This document shows, piece after piece, positions 1 to 10,135 of a stretch of 49,460 nt of DNA (its first letter is position 1; each line of letters starts with the position of its first letter). The notes beneath the pieces are model-generated. The model searched no databases. It was not told where the DNA came from and saw only the letters and a list, made by a program, of their open reading frames with translations. Source of the stretch: Tetramitus jugosus (Eukaryota > Protista > Heterolobosea); NCBI GenBank assembly GCA_937625935.1, contig CALMHQ010000002.1, positions 1-49,460 on the forward strand, given 5' to 3'. A program made the translations under genes and the position numbers.

Positions 1-691
1 TATTTTTAGTAAATTATTATTAAATACTTTTTATGTTTTGAATATTATTTATTCTCCAATTATAGTAATAACTATAGTTAGTAGTTTATTATTAGGTACT
101 TTTGGTGCTTTATTTCAAAAAAAAATAAAACGTTTATTAGCATATAGTACTGTTACAAGTGTTGGATATTTTCTAACTATGTTTATTTCTAATAATTTTA
201 TATTAATTAATAGTGTATATACTTATATTTTTTTATATAGTTTTTCATTATTAACTTTATTTTCCATTTTTTTACAATTATATTTAAATAAAAAAAAATT
301 ATATGTAGAAAACATTTCTTCACTAAGTGGTTATTTTTATAATAATAAATTTATGTCCTTATTATTATTATTTATTTTTTTTACTCTTGCAGGTATTCCA
401 CCATTTTCATTATTTATAGGTAAACTTTTTCTATTAACTAGTATTGCGCATATACAAATGTATCAATTTTTATTTTTAGCTTTATTAGCTACTATATTAA
501 GCTGTTTTTATTATTTAAAAATAGTAAAAATTATATACTTTAATAAGATAAAAAATTGGAATTATTATTCACAAATTAATTTTATTCCTGCATTTTTTAT
601 TAGTTTATTTATTATATTACAATTTTTATTTTTTATTAACCCTTCTTGGATTATAGTATTTTTTAAATATAATATTTATAGCTTTATTTAA
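1..691 (+). CDS. nad2: NADH dehydrogenase subunit 2, 3' part (continues from 48667..49460 across the circular junction)
   Basis: KRLLAYS and LAGIPP motifs. Final TT of the window + T1 = TTT, in frame with the 5' part. Confidence 0.95.
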   Translation, partial: IFSKLLLNTFYVLNIIYSPIIVITIVSSLLLGTFGALFQKKIKRLLAYSTVTSVGYFLTMFISNNFILINSVYTYIFLYSFSLLTLFSIFLQLYLNKKKLYVENISSLSGYFYNNKFMSLLLLFIFFTLAGIPPFSLFIGKLFLLTSIAHIQMYQFLFLALLATILSCFYYLKIVKIIYFNKIKNWNYYSQINFIPAFFISLFIILQFLFFINPSWIIVFFKYNIYSFI

Positions 692-940
692 TATATTAAT
701 TTATATTTTTTTTATTGATTACTTTGAATTATTATTATATTAATTAATTATGTATTAAATGCATGTATACCATCGAATATAGGTATTATTGATAATATAT
801 ATACTAATATTATATATTATGTGTATAGCACTGGGGTATATATAAGATGATAATTATTATAATTATAATAATTATCAAATTATAACTTAATTATTATATA
901 TTATAAATATAATAAAATATAATTGTATAATAGTAATAAA

Positions 941-1012
941 TGATCCATAGCTCAGTGGTAGAGCATTCGCTTGATAAGCGAATGGTCGGTGGTTCAAGTC
1001 CACCTGGATTCA
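941..1012 (+). tRNA. trnI: tRNA-Ile(GAU)
   Basis: Cloverleaf, anticodon arm TTCGC-TTGATAA-GCGAA; U1xC72 mismatch. Confidence 0.93.
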
Positions 1013-1143
1013 ATTCTATGACACAGCAGCCGGTCATAGAGTAACAATAGGCTGCATAAAGAAGTGGAAAGTAAGTAAAAATAATATATATATATGTAGT
1101 ATATATGAATAATAGTCACAGGGCAGCAATAGGGGTGGTATGA

Positions 1144-1896
1144 ATGTTAAATAGTCCATTTGAACAATTTCAAGTTCAATATTTATATAAGAATGAAAAT
1201 TTGTATATAACAGATACATTATTAATTAGTGCAGTGATAATAGTATTATTACATTTATTATATGTATCGATCAACATACAAGACAATCGTTATCATATAA
1301 ATATAGGTAGTGTATTATTAAAAGGAATATATAGTTTTATATATGATATAGTGTATGAATATTTAAATGAAGAAGGAAAAAAATTCTTTCCTTTTTTTAA
1401 TTATTTATTTATATTTATAGTAGTAAGTAATGTAATTGGAATATTACCATATAGTTTTACAATAACAAGTCATCTATCAATTACATTTGGATTAGCATTC
1501 ATGTTATGGTACGGTATGTTTATAGGTGTAGGAGTAAATAAATATGGTATAAAAATATTTTCAATGTTCTTTCCAAAAGATATACCATTTGCATTAGTAC
1601 CATTGTTAGTGTTTATTGAAACAATTTCATTTATATTTAGATCAATAAGTTTAGCATTACGATTATTTGCAAATATTGTAGCAGGACATATTCTATTAGA
1701 TACAATAGCGGTAGTAGTACATAAATTAATTTATCCAGCTTACTATATATCAGGTAAAACAATTTTAATTGGATTAATGCCAATATTCATAACAATGGTA
1801 TTAATCTTATTTGAATGTGTAGTAGCTATATTACAAGGATATATCTTTGTAGTATTATGCTGCATATATTTAAAAGATATGATAGTATTACATTAA
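1144..1896 (+). CDS. atp6: ATP synthase subunit a
   Basis: SPFEQF start, SLALRLFANIVAGH, LQGYIF. Confidence 0.97.
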   Translation: MLNSPFEQFQVQYLYKNENLYITDTLLISAVIIVLLHLLYVSINIQDNRYHINIGSVLLKGIYSFIYDIVYEYLNEEGKKFFPFFNYLFIFIVVSNVIGILPYSFTITSHLSITFGLAFMLWYGMFIGVGVNKYGIKIFSMFFPKDIPFALVPLLVFIETISFIFRSISLALRLFANIVAGHILLDTIAVVVHKLIYPAYYISGKTILIGLMPIFITMVLILFECVVAILQGYIFVVLCCIYLKDMIVLH

Positions 1897-2603
1897 TGCA
1901 AAATATTAGATATTTATTAATATATGTATCAATATTAATAGTATTACAGATGTTATATTTTTCGATATATAATATACCGATATATAAAATCTATTGTGAA
2001 TTAAATAATTATTATTTAAATAGTCAAAATTTATATAATCAAATTAATTATAAATTTTATATATATACTGAATTAGAAACTAATATTTTAAAGAATAAAA
2101 TATTAGTTTCTGAAGTAAGTAAATATTTAGAAGAAACTAGATGTAATATAGATATAAATAAAAATAATTTAATATATAATATAGAAAAGTATTACAAGCA
2201 AGTAGAATTAGAAAAAAGAATATTAAAAAATTCTGAAATAAACTTATATGTGGTTATTTTTAAAGCAACTACAACAAATGTAAATTTAGTTGAATTTGTA
2301 ACATTACAAAATAATATATATATTGCACCGAGTGAAACATATTTAGTATTTTTTAGGATATATAATCCAACAGATTATATAATAAAAGGGATAAGCATAT
2401 ATTTTATTTCACCTAATACAGTAAGTGTATACTTATTAAAAATACAATGCTTTTGTTTTGATGAATTATTATTATATAAATTTGAATCTGTAGATTTACC
2501 TATATTATTTTATATTTCATCAGAAATCATAGTATTAAATTTAAAAATAATAGCATATATACAAATACATATAACATATTTATTTATACTTAGTGGGTTT
2601 TAG
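1896..2603 (+). CDS. cox11: Cytochrome c oxidase assembly copper chaperone Cox11
   Basis: N-terminal TM followed by PIYKIYC, and KIQCFCFDE Cu-binding motif. ATG at 1896 overlaps the atp6 stop (TAATG). Confidence 0.9.
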   Translation: MQNIRYLLIYVSILIVLQMLYFSIYNIPIYKIYCELNNYYLNSQNLYNQINYKFYIYTELETNILKNKILVSEVSKYLEETRCNIDINKNNLIYNIEKYYKQVELEKRILKNSEINLYVVIFKATTTNVNLVEFVTLQNNIYIAPSETYLVFFRIYNPTDYIIKGISIYFISPNTVSVYLLKIQCFCFDELLLYKFESVDLPILFYISSEIIVLNLKIIAYIQIHITYLFILSGF

Positions 2604-2637
2604 ATTGATTGACTACATAAAAAAAAAATAAAAAAAA

Positions 2638-3813
2638 ATGTTTAATAAATTAAATAATATAATATTAGCAGACGCTAGTTTAAGAAGGGTATATCAATTT
2701 TTAGTATATTATCCAACACCACAAAATATAAATTATTTTTGGAATTATGGATTTATGGCAGGGATGTTTTTAGGTATACAATTAATTAGTGGTATATTTT
2801 TATCAATGTTTTATACACCACATATAGATTATGCATTTGATAGTGTACAACATATAATGAGAGATATAAATTATGGTTGGTTTATAAGATATGCTCATTC
2901 AAATGGAGCATCATTTTTTTTTATAGTAATTTATATACATATATTAAGAGGTATTTACTATGGATCATATTTAAAACCAAGGTTATTTGTATGGTTCTCT
3001 GGAGTAATTATTTATATTTTAATGATGGGTACAGCATTTTTAGGATATGTGTTGCCTTGGGGACAAATGAGTTATTGGGCAGCAACAGTAATTACAAATT
3101 TTTTAACTGTTATTCCAGTAATAGGTAAAGATGTAGTGTACTGGGTATGGGGAGGATATGCTATTAATAACTCAACATTAAATAGATTCTTTAGTTTACA
3201 TTATTTATTACCTTTTGTTATAGCTGTTTTTGCATTATATCATATATATACATTACATAAATCAGGTAGTTCAAATCCATTAGGAATAAGAACAAGTAAA
3301 TTAGATAAAGTAAACTTTTATCCATTTTTTTTAGTAAAGGATTTATTTGGTTTATTTATAGTTTTTATAGTATATATTATATTTGTAATATATTATCCAG
3401 AATTATTAGGACACACAGATAACAATATTAAGGCTAATCCACTAGTTACTCCAAGTCATATAGTACCAGAATGGTATTTTTTACCAATGTACGGTATTTT
3501 AAGATCAATTGAAAGTAAGACATATGGAATAATATTAATGTTTTTATCAATGTTAGTTTTATTTGTATTACCAGTTTTAGATAAAGGTAGTGAAAGAAAT
3601 AATCATTTCAGAATGTTTAATAGAATGATGTTTTGGTTATTTACATTTAATTTTATATTTCTAGGATATTTAGGTGGTCAATTACCAGTATATCCATATA
3701 TACAATTAGGTGTCATTTGCTCTCACTTTCACTTATTTTATTTTTTAATACTGCCTATTATAAATGGGGCCAAATTTCAAAATTATTTCACTTTATTTAA
3801 AGTAAAATATTAA
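2638..3813 (+). CDS. cob: Apocytochrome b
   Basis: HSNGAS, LPWGQMSYWA, PEWY motifs. Confidence 0.99.
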   Translation: MFNKLNNIILADASLRRVYQFLVYYPTPQNINYFWNYGFMAGMFLGIQLISGIFLSMFYTPHIDYAFDSVQHIMRDINYGWFIRYAHSNGASFFFIVIYIHILRGIYYGSYLKPRLFVWFSGVIIYILMMGTAFLGYVLPWGQMSYWAATVITNFLTVIPVIGKDVVYWVWGGYAINNSTLNRFFSLHYLLPFVIAVFALYHIYTLHKSGSSNPLGIRTSKLDKVNFYPFFLVKDLFGLFIVFIVYIIFVIYYPELLGHTDNNIKANPLVTPSHIVPEWYFLPMYGILRSIESKTYGIILMFLSMLVLFVLPVLDKGSERNNHFRMFNRMMFWLFTFNFIFLGYLGGQLPVYPYIQLGVICSHFHLFYFLILPIINGAKFQNYFTLFKVKY

Positions 3814-3909
3814 TTTTATATAAATATATACTGTAAATAAGTTTGTTTTTTGTGCGAAAAACATATAACCAATCCATGGATTAAATGGAAAAAAATTGAA
3901 ATAAAACTA

Positions 3910-5097
3910 ATGTTAGCTGAGCAATCTCAACAAATAAAAAATTTTATGTTGAATTTTGGTCCACAACATCCGGCGGCACATGGGGTATTGCGGTTAATAT
4001 TAGAATTAGATGGTGAGATAATAAAGAATGCTGATCCACATATAGGACTTCTACACAGGGGAACCGAAAAATTAATAGAGTATAAGACTTATGCACAAGC
4101 TTTACCATATTTTGATAGATTGGATTATGTCTCAATGATGTGTCAAGAGCATACTTTTTGTTTAGCTGCTGAAAAATTATTAAAATGCAAAATACCATTA
4201 AGGGCACAATATATACGTGTTATTTTTTCAGAAATAACACGTATATTAAATCATTTATTAGCAATCACTACACATGCTTTAGATGTAGGTGCTTTAACAC
4301 CGTTTTTGTGGGCTTTTGAGGAACGTGAAAAATTAATGGAATTTTATGAGCGTGTTTCTGGTGCAAGAATGCATGCTAATTATTTTAGAATTGGAGGAGT
4401 TGTGTATGATATACCTATAGGTTTATTAAAAGATATATCTATTTTTATACAACAATTTGCATCTAGAATAGATGAGATTGAGGAAATGCTTACTACTAAT
4501 CGTATTTGGAAACAAAGATTGATAGAGGTAGGTAAAGTTAATAGTCGACAAGCTATGGATTATAGTTTAAGTGGTCCAATGTTAAGATCTACTGGTATTG
4601 CTTGGGATTTACGTAAATCTGAACCTTATGAAATATACAGAAAGTTTTCTTTTGCTATTCCTACAGGTGTATGCGGAGATAGTTATGATAGATATCTTAT
4701 AAGAATAGAGGAGATGCGTCAGAGTATAAATATTATAAATCAAGCGATTAATCAAATTCCTTTAGGATTAGTAAGAGTAGATGATCATAAAATTACTCCA
4801 CCATATCGTAGTCAGATGAAAACATCTATGGAGTCATTAATACATCATTTTAAATTATATAGTGAAGGTATAAGTGTGCCTCAGGGTCATAGTTATGGTT
4901 GTGTAGAAGCACCTAAAGGAGAAACAGGTGCTTATTTGGTGTCTGATGGTGGTAATAAACCATATAGATGTAAAGTTCGTTCTCCTGGTTTTATGCATTT
5001 ACAGGCATTAAATAGTATAGTAGTAGGGCATATGATTGCTGATTTAGTTACCGTAATTGGTACTTTAGATATTGTTTTTGGGGAAGTTGACAGATAG
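3910..5097 (+). CDS. nad7: NADH dehydrogenase subunit 7 (first ATG 3910; frame open from TTG 3850)
   Basis: [15 protein letters not shown] ... DIVFGEVDR. Confidence 0.98.
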   Translation: MLAEQSQQIKNFMLNFGPQHPAAHGVLRLILELDGEIIKNADPHIGLLHRGTEKLIEYKTYAQALPYFDRLDYVSMMCQEHTFCLAAEKLLKCKIPLRAQYIRVIFSEITRILNHLLAITTHALDVGALTPFLWAFEEREKLMEFYERVSGARMHANYFRIGGVVYDIPIGLLKDISIFIQQFASRIDEIEEMLTTNRIWKQRLIEVGKVNSRQAMDYSLSGPMLRSTGIAWDLRKSEPYEIYRKFSFAIPTGVCGDSYDRYLIRIEEMRQSINIINQAINQIPLGLVRVDDHKITPPYRSQMKTSMESLIHHFKLYSEGISVPQGHSYGCVEAPKGETGAYLVSDGGNKPYRCKVRSPGFMHLQALNSIVVGHMIADLVTVIGTLDIVFGEVDR

Positions 5098-5167
5098 TTT
5101 TATACTATAAATTCGCATTATAAGCTTTTAGCACACATTACAAACAAAAAAAAAATATAAATAAAAC

Positions 5168-6253
5168 ATGTTTAGTAATTTAAAAAATAAAATTATGAAT
5201 TTAGTATTAAAGGTGGAGCCAGATGTAGTTTCTATTGCTAATAAAATTATAGCTGAAGTAGAACATAAATTTGTCTCTGCCATAGAAAATATAGTTGATG
5301 TCGTCTATAATTTTATAGAAAAATGGCATATAAGAATGAGTAAAGTAGAAAGTAAAATCTTTATTGCTTTATTTGGTAGATTTTTAGATAATAAATATTT
5401 TAAAAAAATTATAGATTTTTATGATAAGGTAGATAGTTACGAAGATAAAAAAGAAAGGGAATTTGCTAATCAAATAATAAAATTTATTATTTATATAGTT
5501 AGAAAAATTGCTTATGTTGTTGCAATATGTAAAATTATGTGGACAGTAGATGAAAAATTACATGTAATATTAGTTAAAAAAGAAAAACAATTATTAGAAG
5601 ATTTAAAAAATTTTTTACGTACTATTATTTTTCATTATTACTATGTTTTTTCAATTTTTTATTTATTTTTTTTAATATTGTATCATATGGATATAAGTTC
5701 TTTTAGTACATATAGAGATGCATTAGTTTCTCAATTTCCATATCCATATATTTCTGGTTATCTTTATTATTTTTTTTGTTTAGTATCTATGTATGGTTTT
5801 TCTTATTATTTAATTACGTACCTTACATATAAATATGATAATATTAATAAGTTTTTTTTAATTTTTTTAAGTTTATTAATTACTTATGTATCTTTTTATT
5901 TAGTTTTTATTAATACAGATATATCTAATGCTCAATTACCTGATATTACTGCATTATTATATGAGAAAGAATGTACTTTAGATAAATATAATGGTAATTC
6001 TACTATTACATTTAATTTTAGTATCGGAGTATTAATCATTTTAATAGCTGCATTATTGCATTTAGTAATTATATATTATTTAATCCGAAATATAATTTCT
6101 ACTGTATCAGAATTATTAATAGATTATATGGACCCAGAACATGATATGGTAATTGCATTCTTTTATCTTTTTGTTTATTTTTTTATATTAATTTTTTTTT
6201 TTTATTTATTAGGTGATATTTCTTTATTTTATACATTAAATGGTATACAATAA
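5168..6253 (+). CDS. orf361, multi-pass membrane protein; C-terminus weakly Sdh4-like
   Basis: Long ATG ORF filling the spacer: soluble N-terminal ~150 aa, about 5 hydrophobic segments, LLH...LIDY near the C-terminus. Confidence 0.6.
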   Translation: MFSNLKNKIMNLVLKVEPDVVSIANKIIAEVEHKFVSAIENIVDVVYNFIEKWHIRMSKVESKIFIALFGRFLDNKYFKKIIDFYDKVDSYEDKKEREFANQIIKFIIYIVRKIAYVVAICKIMWTVDEKLHVILVKKEKQLLEDLKNFLRTIIFHYYYVFSIFYLFFLILYHMDISSFSTYRDALVSQFPYPYISGYLYYFFCLVSMYGFSYYLITYLTYKYDNINKFFLIFLSLLITYVSFYLVFINTDISNAQLPDITALLYEKECTLDKYNGNSTITFNFSIGVLIILIAALLHLVIIYYLIRNIISTVSELLIDYMDPEHDMVIAFFYLFVYFFILIFFFYLLGDISLFYTLNGIQ

Positions 6254-6276
6254 TTTTATTGGTTATAATTAATTTA

Positions 6277-6284
6277 TTGATTAC
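6277..6284 (+). promoter_or_regulatory. TTGATTAC upstream element (representative copy). Other exact copies: 715, 6672, 8983, 17432, 32802, 33301, 34338, 37167, 37618, 43606, 45280.
   Basis: Same-strand octamer, mostly 28-30 nt upstream of start codons. Confidence 0.75.
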
Positions 6285-6305
6285 TTTTATATTTTTTTAT
6301 ACAAG

Positions 6306-6671
6306 ATGTTTTATTATTTAAATGAATATGGTGATTTTGTATTTTATGCATTAGTAATGTTTGCTATTTGTACATTAGTATTAGGTATTAGTTATTTAAT
6401 AACTATTAAAAATCCATATAATGAAAAAAATACAGGGTATGAGTGTGGTTTTGATCCATTTTCAGATGCAAGAGAACCATTTTATGTAAAATTTTATTTA
6501 ATTTCTATATTATTTATTATTTTTGATGTAGAAGTTGTATTTTTTTTTCCATGGGCAATAAGTTTAAAGCAATTATATTTTTTTGGGTATTACGTTATGT
6601 ATATTTTTATATTAATTTTATTAATAGGTTTTGTGTATGAATGGAAAAAAGGATCATTAGATTGGGATTAA
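6306..6671 (+). CDS. nad3: NADH dehydrogenase subunit 3
   Basis: YECGFDP, FDVE, EWKKGSLDW. Confidence 0.98.
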   Translation: MFYYLNEYGDFVFYALVMFAICTLVLGISYLITIKNPYNEKNTGYECGFDPFSDAREPFYVKFYLISILFIIFDVEVVFFFPWAISLKQLYFFGYYVMYIFILILLIGFVYEWKKGSLDWD

Positions 6672-6700
6672 TTGATTACATAACTAAATAAGTTAACAAT

Positions 6701-6967
6701 ATGTTTATACATTTAATTGTACCAGTATTATTATTTATTATAGGTATATTTGGATTATTTTTAAGCAGAAAAAATATAATATTAATTATTATGTCTTTAG
6801 AATTATTATTATTAGCAGTGAATTATAATTTTTTATTTTTTTCTGTATATTTAGATGATTTAATGGGTCAAGTGTTTTCTTTATTTATACTAACTATTGG
6901 AGCCTGTGAATCATCTATTGGATTAGCATTATTAATTTGTTACTACAGAACATATAAATATGTGTAG
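6701..6967 (+). CDS. nad4L: NADH dehydrogenase subunit 4L
   Basis: MSLELLLL, ACESSIGLAL. Confidence 0.96.
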   Translation: MFIHLIVPVLLFIIGIFGLFLSRKNIILIIMSLELLLLAVNYNFLFFSVYLDDLMGQVFSLFILTIGACESSIGLALLICYYRTYKYV

Positions 6968-6985
6968 TATTTTATAAATAACGAT

Positions 6986-8950
6986 ATGTATTTATTACCA
7001 ATATTTTTTACTTTTTTTTCATTTTTTTTTACTTTTTGTTTTGGTAAACAAATAGGTAATTACAAAAATCATTTAATCAATATATTATTAGTATTTATTT
7101 CAACATTAGTTTGTTATTTAATTTTTTTTGAAGTTTCATTTTTATCATTACCATGTTATATAAAAATGACAGACTGGATAGTATTTGATATTTTTAATGT
7201 ATACTGGTATTGTTTATTTGATTCTTTATCTGTTTCAATGTTAGTAGTGATTATGTCTATTTCATTGTGTGCGCATATTTATTCAGTGTCCTATATGGAT
7301 CAAGACCCTCATCAAATACGTTTTATGTCTTATTTATCATTATTTACTTTTTTTATGCTTATTCTAGTAACAGCAAGTAATTTAATACAATTATTTATTG
7401 GATGGGAAGGTGTTGGTATTTGTTCTTACTTATTAATTAATTTTTGGTATACTCGAGTTGGTGCAAATAAATCTAGTATAATGGCAGTATTTACAAATAA
7501 AATAAGTGATATTTGTCTATTATTTGCTTTTGGTTTAGTTTTTAAAATTTTTAAAACTTTAGATTTTAATATAATATTTTCTATATTATCAGTTAATTAT
7601 GAAAATGATTATTTATTTCAACTAATGTATTATGCTGGATTTTTTATTATTTTAGGAGCAGTTGGTAAATCTGCTCAAATAGGCTTACATTTCTGGTTAC
7701 CAGAAGCAATGGAAGGTCCTACTCCAGTATCTTCATTGATACATGCAGCTACTATGGTAACAGCAGGTGTATTTTTAATAGTTAGATGTTCATTTTTAAT
7801 GGAAAATATTCCATTACTATTAGTATGGATTTCTTTTTTTGGTAGTTTGACTATTTTTTTTGGTAGCACTGTTGGTTTATTTCAGTACGATATTAAAAAA
7901 ATAATTGCTTATTCTACTTGTAGCCAACTAGGTTACATGTTTTTATCTTGTGGATTATCAAGTTATTATAATGGTATGTTTCATCTAATAAATCATGCAT
8001 TTTTTAAAGCATTGCTGTTTTTAACTGCAGGTTATATAATACATGCATTATCAAATGAACAAGACTTTAGAAAAATGGGTGGTTTATTAAAAAAATTACC
8101 ATTATCTGCAATGTTAATTTTAATTGGTTCTTTATCTTTAATGGGATTTCCTTATACTTCTGGTTTTTATTCTAAAGAAAAAATAATTGAGTTATTTCAT
8201 AATAAATTAATTTATAATTTTGAATTTTTAAAATACATTAAATTTTTTTATTTTTTTCAATTTTTAGCAATGTCAAGTGTTATCTTAACTATTTGTTACA
8301 GTATCAAAATGTATGTATATGTTTTTTTAAATAATTTTAATGGTTATAAATCATATATATACAATCTTCATTATGGTTCATTTTATTTAGTATTACCATT
8401 AGTTATTTTATCTTATTTAAGTATTTTTAGTGGTTATTTACTAAATGATTTAATGATTGGTATTGGTACTGATTTTTGGAAATACTCTTTATATATTTCT
8501 TGTCAAGAGTACCAAGATTTTAGTAATTCTTCTGGGTTCTATTTATTTAATTATGAATTTATTAAATATGTTCGAAAAATACCATTGGTATTAACTATTT
8601 ATTATACTTTCATTTTTTTTATTTTATTTATTTGGTTGAAACAAATATTTTTATATTTTAAGTTTTATTATTCTTGGGTAAATAACTTATTTATTTTTTT
8701 TAATCGTAAGTATTTATTTTTTAATAAAAATGTTGTTTTTCCTTTAATTGATTTAATGAACTATTCTGCATTAAATTATACATTTAAATTATTTGATAAA
8801 GGTTTAATTGAGTTATTTGGGCCTTTTGGAATTACTAAAATAGTGGATAACATGGTTAATTTTAATAGTAAATTACAAACTGGTTTAATATATCATTATT
8901 CTGGTCTAATAATATTAAGTTTATTATCTTATTTATTTATTATTTTTTAA
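6986..8950 (+). CDS. nad5: NADH dehydrogenase subunit 5
   Basis: GWEGVG, KSAQIGLHFWLPEAMEGPTPVS, HAFFKALLF. Confidence 0.99.
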   Translation: MYLLPIFFTFFSFFFTFCFGKQIGNYKNHLINILLVFISTLVCYLIFFEVSFLSLPCYIKMTDWIVFDIFNVYWYCLFDSLSVSMLVVIMSISLCAHIYSVSYMDQDPHQIRFMSYLSLFTFFMLILVTASNLIQLFIGWEGVGICSYLLINFWYTRVGANKSSIMAVFTNKISDICLLFAFGLVFKIFKTLDFNIIFSILSVNYENDYLFQLMYYAGFFIILGAVGKSAQIGLHFWLPEAMEGPTPVSSLIHAATMVTAGVFLIVRCSFLMENIPLLLVWISFFGSLTIFFGSTVGLFQYDIKKIIAYSTCSQLGYMFLSCGLSSYYNGMFHLINHAFFKALLFLTAGYIIHALSNEQDFRKMGGLLKKLPLSAMLILIGSLSLMGFPYTSGFYSKEKIIELFHNKLIYNFEFLKYIKFFYFFQFLAMSSVILTICYSIKMYVYVFLNNFNGYKSYIYNLHYGSFYLVLPLVILSYLSIFSGYLLNDLMIGIGTDFWKYSLYISCQEYQDFSNSSGFYLFNYEFIKYVRKIPLVLTIYYTFIFFILFIWLKQIFLYFKFYYSWVNNLFIFFNRKYLFFNKNVVFPLIDLMNYSALNYTFKLFDKGLIELFGPFGITKIVDNMVNFNSKLQTGLIYHYSGLIILSLLSYLFIIF

Positions 8951-9089
8951 TTTTTATACTCTTTGTATATATTATATATTTATTGATTACTTTATATTTA
9001 TTTTTATCTGGTAAACTCTTTGTCCTATAAAAGATTCATTTAATGTTGTATGCAAAATATTATTAAAGTGCAAATTTTATTGTACTATT

Positions 9090-9401
9090 ATGAAATCAAT
9101 ATTTAAATATTATAATAATAATAATTACTCAATTAACACTTTAAATCATATACATAGTCAGATACTACCTATTAAACAAAATAAGTATAAAATGTCAAAT
9201 CAATTAAGAATAATGAATACAATTTCTATTGCATTCATTATTAAATCTAATACTTTTTCTTATTTTCAGTTAACTGGTGCTATTAAACGAAAAAAAAAAG
9301 CTTTAAGCTTTGTAGGTAGTGTATGTGTCGCTAGTGATTTATCAGGTATAAAAATTTTTGTATACACTGAAAATCATTCTCCATATAATAGATTTAAATA
9401 A
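9090..9401 (+). CDS. rpl19: Probable ribosomal protein bL19 (divergent)
   Basis: Basic. C-terminal half FQLTGAIKRKKK...SGIKIFVYTENHSP resembles bL19 FEGVVIAR...GVGVERTFPLHSP. Confidence 0.55.
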   Translation: MKSIFKYYNNNNYSINTLNHIHSQILPIKQNKYKMSNQLRIMNTISIAFIIKSNTFSYFQLTGAIKRKKKALSFVGSVCVASDLSGIKIFVYTENHSPYNRFK

Positions 9402-9421
9402 CTTTTTTTTTATATATAATA

Positions 9422-10135
9422 TTATAATTGACATATATATACATTATAAAGTAAGTAATACTGTAATATATAATTTGATAAATATATATATATATTTAAT
9501 GGACACATTATTAATAATATTAATACAGTAACAAATATAATATATATATTATTATTAAATATTATATACACTATTGTAATTAAAAAAATCCAAATATAAG
9601 ATATAAAAAATATATATAAGTATATATTTAAGTAATTTTGTAAATTTAAATTTACATCAAATATTATAAAATTAATTTCTTGATAATTATTATAAAAAGA
9701 ATTAAATATTAAAAATATAATATAATTATTATATATGAATATAAATAAATAAAAATAAAAAAATAAAAATACTGAAAATGCTGTAATGTAACTCATCTCA
9801 TGTTTATAAAAAGATGATTTAAAGTACATTAGTATTTGTATTATTATGAATGGCATTAATATTATAAAAGATATTATAATTATATAATACATTAATATAT
9901 AATTATAATCTTGTATTGAATAAGAGATCTGTAATGATGGAAGTATATAATTTTTAGTAGTATTTATTGGGTAAATAAATTCAGTATTTGAGATATTTAT
10001 AATATTTTTTATATATTTGTATGGTGTGAATGATAAATTTATTTTTGTTATTGGTATAAATATAAAAAGGAGAAAATAATCAAAATAAATAAAATAAAAT
10101 AATAATAGTGGTATTATTGAAAATAATATAATCAT
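9422..10135 (-). CDS. tatC: Twin-arginine translocase TatC (divergent)
   Basis: Very hydrophobic; PFIIIQILMYFKSSFYKHE matches TatC PxxxYQxWxFxxPGLYxxE. ATG at 10135; the upstream part of the ORF-track call overlaps trnR. Confidence 0.75.
   Translation of the reverse strand: MIILFSIIPLLLFYFIYFDYFLLFIFIPITKINLSFTPYKYIKNIINISNTEFIYPINTTKNYILPSLQISYSIQDYNYILMYYIIIISFIILMPFIIIQILMYFKSSFYKHEMSYITAFSVFLFFYFYLFIFIYNNYIIFLIFNSFYNNYQEINFIIFDVNLNLQNYLNIYLYIFFISYIWIFLITIVYIIFNNNIYIIFVTVLILLIMCPLNIYIYLSNYILQYYLLYNVYICQL

Noticed and set aside
1040-1080. RNase P RNA-like words (AACAATAGGCT, GTGGAAAGT)
   Set aside because: The order is reversed relative to CR-I/CR-V and the two segments cannot form helix P4
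1034-1219. 61-aa minus-strand ORF
   Set aside because: Antisense to atp6 and its leader; no motifs
1815-1895. ORF-track N-terminal extension of cox11
   Set aside because: Overlaps the conserved atp6 C-terminus; the TAATG-coupled ATG at 1896 is more plausible
2877-3128. 83-aa alternative-frame ORF
   Set aside because: Lies wholly within cob; shadow ORF
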